Positions 48,167-61,800 of a stretch of DNA of 64,000 bases are shown one piece after another. Source of the DNA: Marsupella aquatica. Lineage: Eukaryota; Plantae; Marchantiophyta. Location of the stretch: NCBI GenBank assembly GCA_973895155.1, contig OZ316895.1, forward strand, positions 866,435 to 930,434. The letters are read 5' to 3'. Position 1 is the stretch's first letter. Each line of letters opens with the position of its first letter. A program made the translations under genes and the position numbers. The notes below the pieces were generated by a model that worked only from the letters and a program-made list of their open reading frames with translations, was not told the origin of the DNA and ran no database searches.

Positions 48167-49050
48167 TTAATAGGCCCCCTCCTTGAGATACTTTGTTTTA
48201 TCAACCCCTTCAAAACTTTGTTGCCCCAATCAGCCCCCTCTTTATGATCCTTCCCAGCATCCGTACCCTTTGTTCTTGTGTAAGTTCTTATAAAGTGAAT
48301 TCTAAACCTTACAAAGACCAAGGTGGGTGACAATGCACTATACCCATTCAACCACAAACTATGCACTGATTGGGCAAAAATCACAGTGACTGTGCAAAGA
48401 TTGAACAGCCACTATTACCATGCACAAGAACTGAACTGCACATTCATGCCGCTTCTATCTACATTAGGGTTATCTTATGCAATACATTGACATGAATGTA
48501 TTAGTTTTGTAACCAGATTATCACATTTTTTGATATCTTTCCAGTCTGTCTTTTGTCCACACTTGAATGGTAACTACTTTACACAGGTTTTCATGAGGTG
48601 CACTGCACACAGACCTACCACCATCAAGACCTAACACCCTAAACCCTTAGACCCTAAAACCCTAAACCCTAAATAGCCTTTCATATGGAGATTTTCTATA
48701 ATTTAATTAGTAATGTCCGACCATAGATTTAGTCCTATATGAATGCACTCAGCAAGAACCATGGCTATAAAGTTGTAAGACAAACAAACGAAAGGGAAAC
48801 AACCCAAGATTTAGTAATAACCAGATTCTAAATTAAGAAACCAGCCAATGAAATGTTAGTATCTATTACTTGATGCTTGATGCAAATTGAATACAGAACT
48901 CACTTTATAAGAACTTACACAAAAACAAGGGTAATTTACACAAGAACAAAGGGTACGGATCCTGGTACGGATCATGAAGAGGGGGCTGATTGGGGCAAAA
49001 ACAATTCCCTGAAGTTGATTCCAAAGTATGTCCACGAGGGGGCCTATTAA
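48167..49050. mobile_element. Foldback-type element with ~140-155-bp imperfect inverted arms
   Basis: 48167-48303 is the imperfect reverse complement of 48895-49050; exact ends and TSD not resolved. Confidence 0.7.
48630..48673 (+). repeat. Degenerate plant telomere-like (CCCTAAA)n tract
   Basis: About 6 imperfect CCCTAAA units. Confidence 0.7.
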
Positions 49051-50440
49051 GCATTTCACTCTATATTAAACACTATTTATCTTTCATATAGTTCCCCCTA
49101 CAAACAATCATTTTTTTAAACCATCAAGTAAAGATAGAGGAAGCCACAGTTTTATACTTGTGTGGTTCTTTTTATATACAGTGATTTGTAGAACTACAAC
49201 AAGGATCTATGGTACATGTATATTAAACCAACTCAAGATGTTTTGAAGTAGAAGCCAAAGTTAAGCTCAAGGACCAGAAGACCAAGTTGGAGCGAAACAG
49301 TCTGGGTTAAGGATTGAGTCATAATGCCCACTTGAGCTGACCACCAGGCCCCACTCATAGTGATTCCCACAACAATTTGCTTAATCATGAAGGGATGTTT
49401 TCAATATGCTCACTACTTTTCTTTTTGGAGAAAAGAGACCCGGATCAAATCAGAGGCAAACACCAAGAGTACAAAAGAGCTCTCGAAAGAGTGGGAATGG
49501 GGTATGGGGAAACACTCAAAAGTCACGGAAAAGGAAAGGCAGGGAAGCCAACCGTAGAAGAAGGTAAAGTTAACCCAAAAAGAAACCATCCCGAAAGCAA
49601 GTCACAGAAAAGTAGAAGGCACAAGCGTGAACAACCACCAAGAATTCCCTAAAACCTTCTCTTTGTGGAATCTTACATCTTTTGAGTCTCACTAACTTCA
49701 TGAGATAAAGCAGTAATGTTGCTCACTGTTTTCCAGGTTCCCTAATTGTTTTATAGGGGAAGTTGAGACCTTTGTAGACTTGAAGTGCACATAGCGTGGC
49801 GACTGAGCACCAGCACATACTAGTCCATAGCACCAGCCGCCCTACACAAAGCATTCCCGCTTTCCTTGTCTAATTCTCAAAAATCACAATGGAATGATTA
49901 AAGAGGGGATGGGATCTCCTACAATTCTCTAAATGTTACGGAACGTGAATGTATTTGGAGGCTGCCAACTAACAGAAACTAGGAGGCTTAGAGGCTTACC
50001 TCATTAGATCCTTAGAGTTTTCAGTTGACTGAATTCAAACCTCATGGTTGCCTGTTTTGCATGTGGTTTATAACTCTTTTTTCACCATCTGGCTTGACAA
50101 GAAATAAGACCCACACATGACTGTGTGGTACATGGCAATTGTTGCCTCTCTTTACGCCCTACCCATGCCTGCCAAGTCTTTGGGTCCATCATGCATTTTG
50201 TGGCTCTCTGTTTGGGTTTCAATTACCCAAGTGAGAACCAATTGATGCATTTTGTGGCTCTCTGTTTGGGTTCATTTGCCCAAAGTTAGAACCAATTGAG
50301 TTAGCATAGGGCTAGTTCTGTATTCTGACAAACCCATTGTCATGGGCACATTCAGCTTGACAAATGACTTAGGGTGAGTTCAGTTAGTGTGTTTTATTAA
50401 ATCATTGTCCAGGTAAGACGCTTAAAATATACCTTGTCAT

Positions 50441-51142
50441 ACCCAAAGAGGCATGGCTATGTGGTAGCTCACTTGAGTAGTGACTCATAGGTCTTGGGTT
50501 CAAAAGTTGTCTCTCACTGAATCCCTTTTTATGTTGCACGAGCTTCATCTAATAGCTTCCTGCCCCTTGCTCTTGAGATATTTGGGCGTCTCCATCATCA
50601 GTTCGACGGGCTTCTTTGCCAAGCTGCTCGGGATGTTCACGGCCGGATGGGTCCCACCGGGCCCCCGATATCTGTTTTGACCATGCACTTTCGCCAACGC
50701 ATTTCAGTCACCTTACAGCATGCTCAAGCTCGGGCCGTCTATCGTCGATCTCTGACAGTGGGTGCTAGTGTGACTCCGCAACGGCTAGCCCCCCTAGAAG
50801 ACATTCCTGTCCCACTTGCCGATCTAGTTTCGACACTTGATGTAGACCACTAGCTTGTTGCCACATTTGCTAGGTATGATGAGGACCTCGGTCCATTTGC
50901 GGTAGTTTTTGTTCCTCTTTCTTGGTTTTTAGGGGTTTCCTTTTGCTCACTTCTTTTAGTTCCTCTTTCTTGGTTTTTAGGGTTTCCTTTTGCTCACCTC
51001 TTTTGCATTTGGTTTTGTCCACTTGGGACCTCTCTTGTTTATTCTTTTGTACTCTATTTGGCCTTTTTCTGTAAAAAGTATGTGTATATTTTGCTTTTTA
51101 TAGGGTTTCATAGATTTCCCTTCAAAATCTGGGGGGGGGGGG

Positions 51143-51170
<28 letters not shown>
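50441..51170 (+). mobile_element. tRNA-like SINE copy 3, split by a LINE fragment; ends in poly-G and (TA)n
   Basis: SINE head 50441-50532 and tail 51094-51130; 14-bp TSD ATATACCTTGTCAT (50427-50440 / 51171-51184). Confidence 0.8.
50533..51093 (+). mobile_element. 5'-truncated non-LTR retrotransposon with restriction-like endonuclease C-terminus (CRE-clade-like) and T-rich 3' UTR
   Basis: Open frame FLPLALEIFG...HFRQRISVTLQHAQARAV ending in TAG at 50853; 8-bp duplication CTTTTTAT (50525-50532 / 51094-51101). Confidence 0.7.
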
Positions 51171-51174
<4 letters not shown>

Positions 51175-52199
51175 ACCTTGTCATCCCATGCATAATTAGA
51201 GAGTGATATATCAGATGCTCATACATGATCTTGACTTCTCATCAGTTTATACTTTGATTTCAGTATAAGTCTAGTTTCTCTTAGGCTATCCAGCTAGTCA
51301 AGCTAAACCTGATTTATCACTGCTGAAAGATGATTGAAGAGCTTTTCTGGTGTCAATTTGGGCATTTCCAGTCATTGCGGATGCAATATTTCTGAAGCAA
51401 AACATTGTGCCATTCCCCCCTTCTTGGTTTATCTTCCCCTCCCCAGACCATCATTTTGCGGCCAATATTGGCACTTTACGCAAGACCATCCTTGTGACCC
51501 ACGCACTCTGAGTATCCTTCAGCTTGAGAAGCCTCATAAGAAGCGGTTTGTAGATCATGGTCAAGGAAAAAAAATTATATTTTGGTTGTATTTATGCCAC
51601 AAACAAAATCCAGCCATATACGTTCTTTATATTTAATTCATTTACTTACCAAATAACAACCCAATACTCTAGCCGTTTGAACTGATTGATCAACGCATTT
51701 TATCAATGATTGGTAACATGGGGAGAGTGGATGGTTGACGACTGTGCACAACCATCAGAAGAAAATATGCATGTCATTGGATTTCCTAGGTTGACAGTTG
51801 AGATCAAGTGTTATAATTTATGGTGATAGTGTGCACTTTAAATTAGTCAGTTGTTCTAAGCTTTTCCTGATGTTTTTTTTGTGCTACTGGGTAGCTACGT
51901 TAGCATTCTAAGAGCAACAAAAGAGTGTTTTAGCATTTTAATGTCTCAAGCCCTTTTGGGTTGAGAATTTTTACCTAGCTTTGGGACCTACTTATTAAAT
52001 TCATTTGAAAGAAATTAATTTTCTAAAATTTTCCAACTACCCTCATCAAACCAATCAGATGAAAGAGATCATTCAAAAGTATTAGACAAAAAAAATAGTG
52101 AGATAGGATTGGGGATATAGTATGAAATGGGTGGAAGTTTATGGTGGGCATGAGGGGGAAAGAAATTTGGGGTCGCAACTTAATTTATAAATGCACATT

Positions 52200-53100
52200 A
52201 TATGTATACCTTTTTCATCCAACATTTGACAATGGTCCAAAAACATGATGAATGCCATTATTTTCAGACCAAGCCTCTTGCCTGTCATTAGTTTTTGAAC
52301 AAGCTCCACTATTGGAGGTATTTTCTTGATGAGACTCCAAAGTGAAATGTTTTACTTGATAGGACACCTGAAGTTGTGGGTACATTGATTCAATGTTGAT
52401 CAAGGTGAATTGACAGTCTGGATCACTAGAGTGGCACAACCAGTTTAAGAAGCCCCAAATTGATTTTCTTAAACTGGTTATCCCACTCTGTAGAGTATAG
52501 ATCAATGCATGCTATCCCTGATCTGGCTGCCTGTCACCTGTGGAAAGGATACAGATTTGTTCTCTAACCAATCAGTCCCTACTGTAGTTTTCCAAGTAAA
52601 CCAAGGTGTAGCTGAATAGCTTCACTCTTCACTCACTAATATGTTTCTAACAATTCAACTCCTAGGGCTCAATAAAAAGTTCTGGAATGCCATAGGAAAC
52701 TTCTCCATGGCCTCCACAACGAAAACGAGCATGGACACCGAAATTAGCCTCATTTGTTCTTTCGTGCCAAACAAAAATTCAGCCTACTTAGTTTGCCTTC
52801 CGTCGGGAAGCCCTATGGATGGAGTAGGTCTGAACAGTCCCTTGCACTGAACCCAAGGCAAGGGAATGGATATGACCAAACTGAAGGTTATCACGATATC
52901 CCCGTGTTGATCAAGATGTGGAATGAGGACAAGAAGTTGTGGGTTTTGACTCTCTAAGTCCTTTCTTTTCTGGTGCGGTTTGGGCCAATCTCTCCTTCCC
53001 TGACTAGATCTTTAAATTGGGCCCTCTGAGAAATCGACAGGCACAAGCAGTCTCATAATTCTTCGATCAGATTCATAATCAGTTGCCATCGTACAAACCA
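52200..53100 (-). pseudogene. Possible decayed LINE endonuclease region
   Basis: Weak motifs only (FTLINI, EAW); many stops; boundaries approximate. Confidence 0.3.
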
Positions 53101-54051
53101 AAAAGCTGCGTCGCTGGCCCGCAGAACGGAGTGGAGGTGGGAAGATCTACCAGATCTACCGAAGGAGGCCTCATCACAAGCTAGGGAGCTGGATGCTGGA
53201 TGGGACTAAATATGAGTCTGAGAACTAGAGTCCGAGAGGCATGGAGACGGCTCTTATTATTATTATTGTGGCAGGGAACTCAGAAGGCTGACGGATGCTG
53301 GTGTAGTTGCTGACTGTCATTTGCGCGGTGACGGACTGAATGACTGATGGATATCATTGAGTGGATAATTTGATCTGCACGAGGAAGAGGCAAGGAGCGA
53401 AAAGGGCGGCATAAAGCACTTCGTAGGGAACGGACCGGACGGATAGATGAACTAGAAAAACCTTCCATCGTATTATACAGTGGAAGCAAACGTGCACTGT
53501 AGATTTACGTTTTCCTTTGTGGGACTTCTGTTATCTACTTATCTATCTCTAGTCCGTCTTTTGTTTTAGGATTTGCGAGCAGAGATACCCGTGCTATACG
53601 TGCAGTTGGAAGAGCTTTTTGCAACTCTCTTCTTTCGTTGGCAACAGACCTCTTCACAATGGCAGTAGGCCTCGCTTTCCAAAGTACTCCATATATAGCT
53701 ACATGGTTCTAAAAAACTCTCCTATCTTAACCTACTTGAAAATTACGTCATCATCTTATTTTATTTTTTCAAGTACTCATTCCAGATAAAGTAAATGGGA
53801 GGGACTTCATTGTGTAGCTATTGTGAAAAAGGTAGGCACAGCAGTCTCAAACAGCATGCTCGAGATACATGATGCAGGCCTTAGAACTGTAAACATGTAT
53901 GTAATAGATATAATCTAACAAATGCATTGTCAAGCATTCTTGATGCAGAAGCACTCTGTAGCACATTGGTGGTGTCCTTCTGTTGGATTTAGTAGGTAGG
54001 GGTCTCAATTAAAATTAAACAACAATATAAAGGGCTTACAAGATAGAAATA

Positions 54052-54384
54052 TGTTGAGCAAAGACTTAATTGCAATGGCATTCTCCAGACCTTCCAACAA
54101 ATAAGTAATCAACAGAGTGAGATACTTGGTTCACAGGAACACATGAACGTTTTGCTGCACTCCAGGCCCGTCAGCCATACCTAGTCTCCGCAGCACAAAC
54201 TCTCTCTATCTCTCAAGTGACTTCTAATATTACAATGAGTGAGTCTGAGTTCCTCCTCCACTAGCAAACACTGCTTGTGTATGTAAGAGGTAGCACAACT
54301 AACCTAACCAAGTTTGCAACTGTCTATGGTTAGCCTAACTATGGCTACAATTATAACTCTAGACCTATGAGTAAATACCTAACA
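54052..54384 (-). mobile_element. Solo LTR related to the inner copia (333 bp, diverged)
   Basis: Minus strand reads TGTTAGGTATTTACTC...GCTCAACA; TSD AAATA (54047-54051 / 54385-54389). Confidence 0.88.
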
Positions 54385-55049
54385 AAATAGAGATGTGTCA
54401 TGCACATACCAGCATCACAATCAATTAGCGAGGAACCAAATCCATACAATAATTGGTATGAGAGGAAGCAAAGCACCCATGCTGATGAAATATCATGGTT
54501 TTGGGCTTCTCAGCTTTGCAGGGGGAGAGGAGACATGTTGTAACAACAGACAATCCTATCTTTTTATGCTAACTGCAACATACCTTTCCTTGTCCAGTTC
54601 CTTATTATAACCTTTTCAACAAATGACGTGCAACATCAGTCTTTCTCTGAAGTGCCCAATGAATGACTCTTTATCAATGTTTATCAATTTTGGTTTTAAA
54701 ACAATATTCAATAGAACAAATCTTTCTATTTTATATATTTATTTAGTAGGGGGGTGGGGGGGGGGGGGATGGGGCTTACAAACCCAATTTCAGTTAGTAT
54801 GCTTTCTGAAATAATTGCCAAAACAACATCCAAAATATGCATTTTGGATCACAAGTGCACCTAAAAAACACTAGTTCAACCCCCAAAAAGTTCCCTTATT
54901 GAAAAGCTTCATCCCCAATATTGGCACCTCGACTCCTGAACTTCTTGACTCCCATGCCAGAAATGGATGAATCTTAGTCTGTCTGACTTAGGTTTAAACA
55001 TTGACCATTCCAATCAAACTTCCTGTGTGACGAAACATGATTATGTTCT

Positions 55050-56400
55050 CCATTTTGGGCATTAGATGGGCATAATTGTTTTGTAAGAACTTTGAAAAAC
55101 ATTTGTATCAACAACTATGTAATTATAATAAATTAGGATGCTGTGTTTTCATACTGGACCTCCATTCAGATTGATTCTTATCAGCTGTTGATTTAGGCCA
55201 CTTGGAGGCGTACGTATGTGGAGGCACACCTAAACGGAGTTCTCTAATTTAAATAACCTGAAGGCATGGAAAAACATATCTCTAATTTAAACTTGAAGGT
55301 ATGGGGCTTGATAAAAGACAAGACAACCCAGATCAATCTGCTTCATCAAAATTAAATTAAATTAACTCAACTCAATGGCAAAAAGCAGCCAAGAAAGCAG
55401 CCAAGCATTCAAAAGCTAAGGTTATCAACTTTCAAACTGAGCAGTAAAAGGGCATTCAGAAACAAGTAAAGACCTAGGAAGGATGAGAAGATGCCAACTT
55501 TACCACGAGAGTTAAAATAGGATTTCAGCCAATTTGACAATGATGTCCATATAGTCTGGATAGACAACACACAGACAGACAGAGGGATCTGAGTAAATCA
55601 TGGAGAATATTATACCCAACGTCCAGTATTGGGGATTTTACAAGAGGGCCAAGCGAGGGCCATGGCAGTTTAGGCACCATTTTCTCTGATGAACAGAATT
55701 TTCACCATTTCTTCAAACTACCCCAGCAACTTCTGCCTACTTTCCATGCTGGGAATGTCCAAGCCTATGTTGCAAATTGGTTTGGATCGCACCTTTTGGA
55801 GGTTGAAAAATATTTTGTTGATCAAACTGAGGAGCAAACCACCCCTACTCGTAAGACAACATGCACATACAGTCCATACAGTGCAACATCCAACTAACAC
55901 ACAAGTACTTGATACGGAATATAGATGGTTAACCTCACCACAAGGCCCGGGAACACACAAGAAAGTTTCACTGAACTCTGAGCTTATTGACAACTATGAC
56001 TGGATTTTCACAGACTAAGCAATCCCTTTCTTCCAACTGGCTTCGTCATAATATGCTGAGCGTAAGTTCCACTCACTAAACTATGTCTTGCTTGTGAATA
56101 CAATAGTAACACATAAAACCTTAGCCAAGCACCTGCTTATGGTTTGTATGATTGCAGTTACACAATAATCCTCGAGCTAAGAGTAAATCCCTATCATCGC
56201 TTGCCCAATATGTACTTTTGCATTGCCATCATCAGCACTCCTGCCGGGGTCACTGGATTCTCTTTAGAAAAGCCCGTGACACTTTTTCATGTTTTTCTGC
56301 CTCTGTTGGGCCTGGCATCTAATTGGACACCTAAATCCGGGCTTAGTTTCAGCCCCGGTAAAAAATGCCTGTTAGTGCTACAGCAGTCTTGCATTGTCCC
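55050..56400 (+). pseudogene. Possible highly decayed LINE ORF2 fragment
   Basis: Weak RT-like remnants (PFSLMN, near RPISLLN); low certainty. Confidence 0.25.
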
Positions 56401-58695
56401 CAAAAAGCAATGGACCTGGAATTTAGGAGATTGGCAAACCTAGCCCAAAACAAGCAACACAGTCACCTTCCCAGTGACTTTCTAACCCTAAACATAACCT
56501 ACATATAAAATATAGTGGGGGAGGTGGGCAGTGGGAACCATAGCTGAAAATATTTGCCCCTATGTGGAATTACAGAGCAACTAAATATCAGAACTATGGG
56601 CAACCAAATGCAAGGATGTTTTAATCTCATTGGTGTAATGTTTAATATAGTATAAGATTTCTAGTTAAGGTCGTAGTGACTATCCTTGGGTGAGCTGACT
56701 GCGGAGTAGGTTGGCTGATCTTGTTCCCGTCTTCCTGTCCTCTTGCGCATGGCCTCTGGCCCAGCAACAGCCTCTTTGTGTTTGCAGAAGCAAAGGCCAT
56801 GCCTGATGGTGGTCAAAGTCACCTGATGGAGAGCAGAGCTGTACAGTCATTTGACACCGGGTGTGACAACAGCCATTGATTGTTAAGGAGCTAACCCAGG
56901 TTAATTCTTTTAACTGTGGCATTGTGATATAGAGAAATGAAAAACCAGAGGTCATGTAAGTCTTATGCCACCAAAAGTGGCAATCTAGTAGAACCCAGTT
57001 TATGAAATAGATGATTTCCTGGGCCAGTTTGGGGGTTCGATGGCCGTCCTACTAGGGCTTCATTTCCCTCTCCTTACTGTTTAACAAAACATTCATTTAC
57101 TTATTTGATCCCTTTCGGGATGAGTCTTCATTAAGTGATTTCCTTGGCTCTTACCGCATGTGTACTACCTTCTGTCTCTCTCATTACATTAAAAATTCTT
57201 ATTCTAGTGCTTGGATCACGTCAGGCCCATTTGCTGTCATACTTAATTGGGCTCTCAGGTAAATTCCTATTTTTTTGCTGGTCAGTAAAGAATATGTTTC
57301 AGACACATAGGGCCTAAGGGAATAAGAGCATCTCATTCCCCAGCCAATGGTCTTCAGAACTCCAATGACACAATGTAGGGCTCTTTTATAGATTTGGGCG
57401 ATCCTCGCCCAAAATATTTATGTACATCCCATTTGTCTTTTTCTATCGTTGAAGATCCTCGAGGAGTAATGATAATTAGTAAGGGTTTTTCCTTGGGGAG
57501 CATAGCCATGACAACAGCATCATTGAGGTTTGTTATTTTTTCCCCTTGAAATCTCCGCAACTTTTGGATTGGCTCTGTGATTCGCTTAGCAGTCGTGAAT
57601 TGTTATTTTAAAATCAAAGGGGAGGGGGCAGCCAGAGGAGGGCATAAAGGGATCCCAAGATTTTTATGAATTTCTAGAGATAGAGAGAGAGAGTAAAGGA
57701 GAACGGTATAGCAAGCAACTGGGGAAGGTGCTATGGGGTTTGAAAAGTTCAGATTGATCAAAAATTGAACCTTAATGGTGGAGGTATTGTATAGTGCGAG
57801 CAAACATGATTTTTGGTCCCAAGGAGAGTGTTGTCAGGGAAACACTAGTGGTTTTAAATTTCTTTTGCCTTTGGTTCCCTTTTTGTATTTTTTGTGTTTT
57901 TTATGATTCAGGATGGCTAGCAATTTCTCGCAAAAAGAGGAGTCCCCAAAATGAATGTTATCAACCATGTTTTGTAAGCGAGGCACTTGGATATAGAAAA
58001 ATTAGGAGTCATGTGAGTTTTACTTCCTTGCATGCTACAATGGCCCCTTAATGGTGTAGGTTGGATACATTTAGTAGGCTCAGAAATGATCTTAGCTAAG
58101 GTCTATGAACAGCCCTACCCACATTGGGATTGGGATTCACTGTGTAATTGAGAATGGTGGTTCAAATTAAGAGGGACATGAGACCCTAATGGGGTTTATT
58201 AGCCTCAAGCAAAAACTAAACATGTGATTTTATCTAAAAATATTCTCTATTAATATAAATTGTTTTAGGGAAGGACAAACAAACGTATCCAACGACTTAT
58301 CTGCAGCTACAGGTAGTAGATGGTGAACAAGTCAAAAGTCTATCCCCACCTAATCTATGACATAGCAAATTTCCTGAATGTGTATTGTATGGGGATTAAC
58401 TTAATGTCTATTTTGGGATATACAGTAGATATTTCAATCTCAATCTCATACTATACGAAAACTATTCTAAGAACATGATTTCTTTCCACTTATAGCGATA
58501 TATTTACTTTATGTAAGGTATATATCAGCATATATATTAATATATGAGTGTATACTACTTTCTTTACGTGTTAAGCTTTTCATAAATTTTGTAGATATCA
58601 CTCTATATCTATTTTTACTACATGGCCCTACAGATTTCCATAGTTGACCTCGTACTTGACCCCTGAGCCTAGGGTGTAATTTGGCTTTTATTACA

Positions 58696-58880
58696 CTAAC
58701 CTCGATTACCCATTCTTTGAATGTGAATAGTGGGGAGGACAATAAAAATGTCACCAAAATATATTGAAATTTAATGAAATGATAAAAACATAAGCATGCA
58801 TGTAATCATTTAATAATCACATATAAAATACCAAATTTTTTTCTATGCACATCCCCCTTTCTATGCACATATGTTATGGT
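58696..58880 (-). mobile_element. Helitron-like 3' terminus, second copy (no copia insertion)
   Basis: Reverse complement aligns with 12504-12711; ends TTAG|T after the same hairpin. Confidence 0.6.
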
Positions 58881-61800
58881 GGCCATAAAGTCCATTTTTA
58901 ATGTAAATTTGAAATCATGTAAAAAAACATATATGCTTATCATTTGACATACATCATGGTCATGAGTTTTACCATCCACACAATGAGCCATGGAGTTATG
59001 GGCTAGAGGCTTCACTCTAGAAACTTAAGCCCCAACTCCAGCTTGTAGTTGGCGTTTTATAAGTAATATTGTCTTCAGCTTTTAAATACATAATTGCCAC
59101 TAAAGATGTTTGAATTTGAAATCTACATTCACACTTCAATGGACATGACAACTAAAGGAACACTCCTTGGACCCATATGGTTAAACAAATACAAAGATAG
59201 AAGATAACAATTGATGAACCGAATATAATATCTAGCATATGATTGGATGACTAAGTAAAATACTGACATCATTAGCATGGGTATGAGCTAGTTGGATGAA
59301 TGTGACTTATGTTTTCATTTTCTAACACCTAGTTACTCACTGGGATTTCTGCGCTCTTTTCCTTTTCCCTTTCCTTTTCTGTATCTTTCTCTTTTTCCCT
59401 TCCTCCTTGCCATTATGTACTCCCTAATTTCCCATTGCAGAGATGGTCTGTGGTGTTAGAAAGGCTCGTGGAGGGGCGGAGGAGTCAGGGTGGGCAGTGG
59501 GGCGCTGCCCAAGGTCTGGCCAGTGTGGAGATTTCCGCAAAGAGGATGGTCTGGCACACTAGAGAGACTCAAGTGGGGCAAGAAAAATGAACACCGTCCA
59601 ACTCCAACATACAACAACCAACCCACAATACTGACATCTTAATTCATTTGGCTTTACTATTCTAAATAAATTGTCTATCTCTTACCCAAGGGAAAAACTC
59701 CACCATACAACAACCAACCAAAACAATATGGCCTTCTGAAACACAAAAAAAACGCAAAACTACCTGCCCACCTGTCCTGTTTTCAGATAATGGCACCACC
59801 TAAGAAGCCTGCAGAATTCATCTGGAGGCTCTCGCGAGTTCTCTCCAAAAGTTAGTTTATAAACAGACCTCAATTCCCTTTGGCAAGATTGGATTTTATA
59901 GTTGTGGACTCCATGTAGGTACTTTTATATACACAATTGGATAATTATGTGGGAACTCTACTCATCCCTTACAGATTGGGTAGATGATACAATTGTAAGG
60001 AGTACACTTTTATGGTAGGAGTGTATCTTGTTTCAGTCTTCTTTTATGAAAAAGCAAACCCCAACTTTAGAATCAAATGTACTTTTTGGTGCGTTTTTTA
60101 TGCTCTTCAGGAGGTCTTTGAAAATGAGAGCATTTGTTTTTGGGTTGGTTGTTGTATGAGTGAAGGTAAGAGTGGGGGGATTATATATCTTTGGCGCCCC
60201 AGGTCAATTCTTTTTGTCCTCCCATTCTTGCATTTTGCCTCGCCTCATGTGACGCTTTACACTGTCTTTGATCTCCCCATCCCTCTTCATGGCCACTTGC
60301 TGTCGTCCTTGCTGACCATATTTGTACTAACAAAATAGATTTTGTTGCAGCAGAAACACATTGACCTTTAAAGTTTGTATGTGATGAGTGCAATTTTGTG
60401 CACCGTTGGTTCCTCTCAACAAACCCTCGTAATCCCAGGCAGCCTTTCATAGCCCTCATCTCCCACGGTATCTTTCCATGTGATTTTTTGCCTCCCTTTG
60501 CCCTCTCTTCCCTCCGCCCTTCCCTCCGCCCTTCCATCTCTACCTCACCTTGACACGTGGAACAGGGACTAGTCCCCCTATAAAAACACACTTCACACTT
60601 TTTTTTCAGTCTTGGTTTGCAGCTTTGGGCCATCGTGAATGTCAAGAGCCCTTTCATCTACGCCTTAGCACCCCGAATTGTTAAGAAAAAGGGGATTTAG
60701 ATTCCACCCAGAATCTGCCACTTTGCTATGTGTGAAATTTACTACATTAGAAATTTCTTGGTATTAATCAATTTTCAGGGTTGAGGGCATGCTCAAGGGT
60801 AGTAAGGTTTACTGCCCTTGCTTATCCACCACATATGCCATCAGGGCATAAAACTCTCACTCGATGTTGGATTGCCACAAGTTGGGGCATACAAATCTCA
60901 CTCAGGCCCAACTTGCATGTGAGCTGCCCCTCACAATGTGACCCTCATGTGACACATGCCATCATAACACTCAGCAAGAGAAACCAGCTTGGACCCCCTC
61001 ATGTGCCAGGCTTGACAGCATAAAACTGGCATTTCCAAAGGCAAGGGGCCTGCCAGGTCCCAACCTCAAACTGCACAATAAACCAAAAGCACAAACGCCA
61101 CATTTTGCAGAGATGAGCGACAACTTGTTGCAGTGCCCTCTAAAGATCAATTGTTGCAATTGTAGAGCAATACACACCATAGATTTTCAGGACAAGCTCA
61201 ATCTGCTTTTTGCCAACACCTTGGGGAGTGATAAGGGCTGTAAATTAAAGGGCCTAAGGACAGTCATGCAACTGATGCAAGTTGACTCTCAATTTTGGAT
61301 TGCCACCAATTCAATTGAGGGCAGGAAACTCAAGACAAATAAGCAAGTCAGCCCTTATGATGATCAAACTCAAGTATAATGGTATGCCAACTCTAAATAA
61401 GTTAAATAAGTCAAAGTAGGTGTGTCTTCGAGCGGGCCAGCCGTATTGGCTCTAGTAAATGATGCCCTACAAAAGCAAACTCATTAGGTCTCCTAGGAGA
61501 ATAGGCGAATAGTCGACAGAGTGTTTGGGTCAATTTGCTTGGTCAGCCAAATCGCAAAATAGACGCACAGGTGCAAAAACTGGGAGAAGAGGTTCAATTG
61601 TTCAAAGCTCTAATAATGACAGGATTAGCCCCAAAATTGTCGGGTGCAGTCGTCAATGGCCCTTCTCGGGATCTGGGCCCGAAGTGTAGGTTCCTTACAC
61701 TTGTCTAGTATTCCAGTTTTGGTTGGGCCCTAGTTTTAGTTCTTTTTCGAGATCTAAGTCATCGTAGCGCAAATACACATTTACATTTACCTCTGAACAA

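Noticed and set aside
50448-50520. Functional tRNA gene
   Set aside because: No cloverleaf evident; multiple TSD-flanked, tailed copies indicate a SINE.
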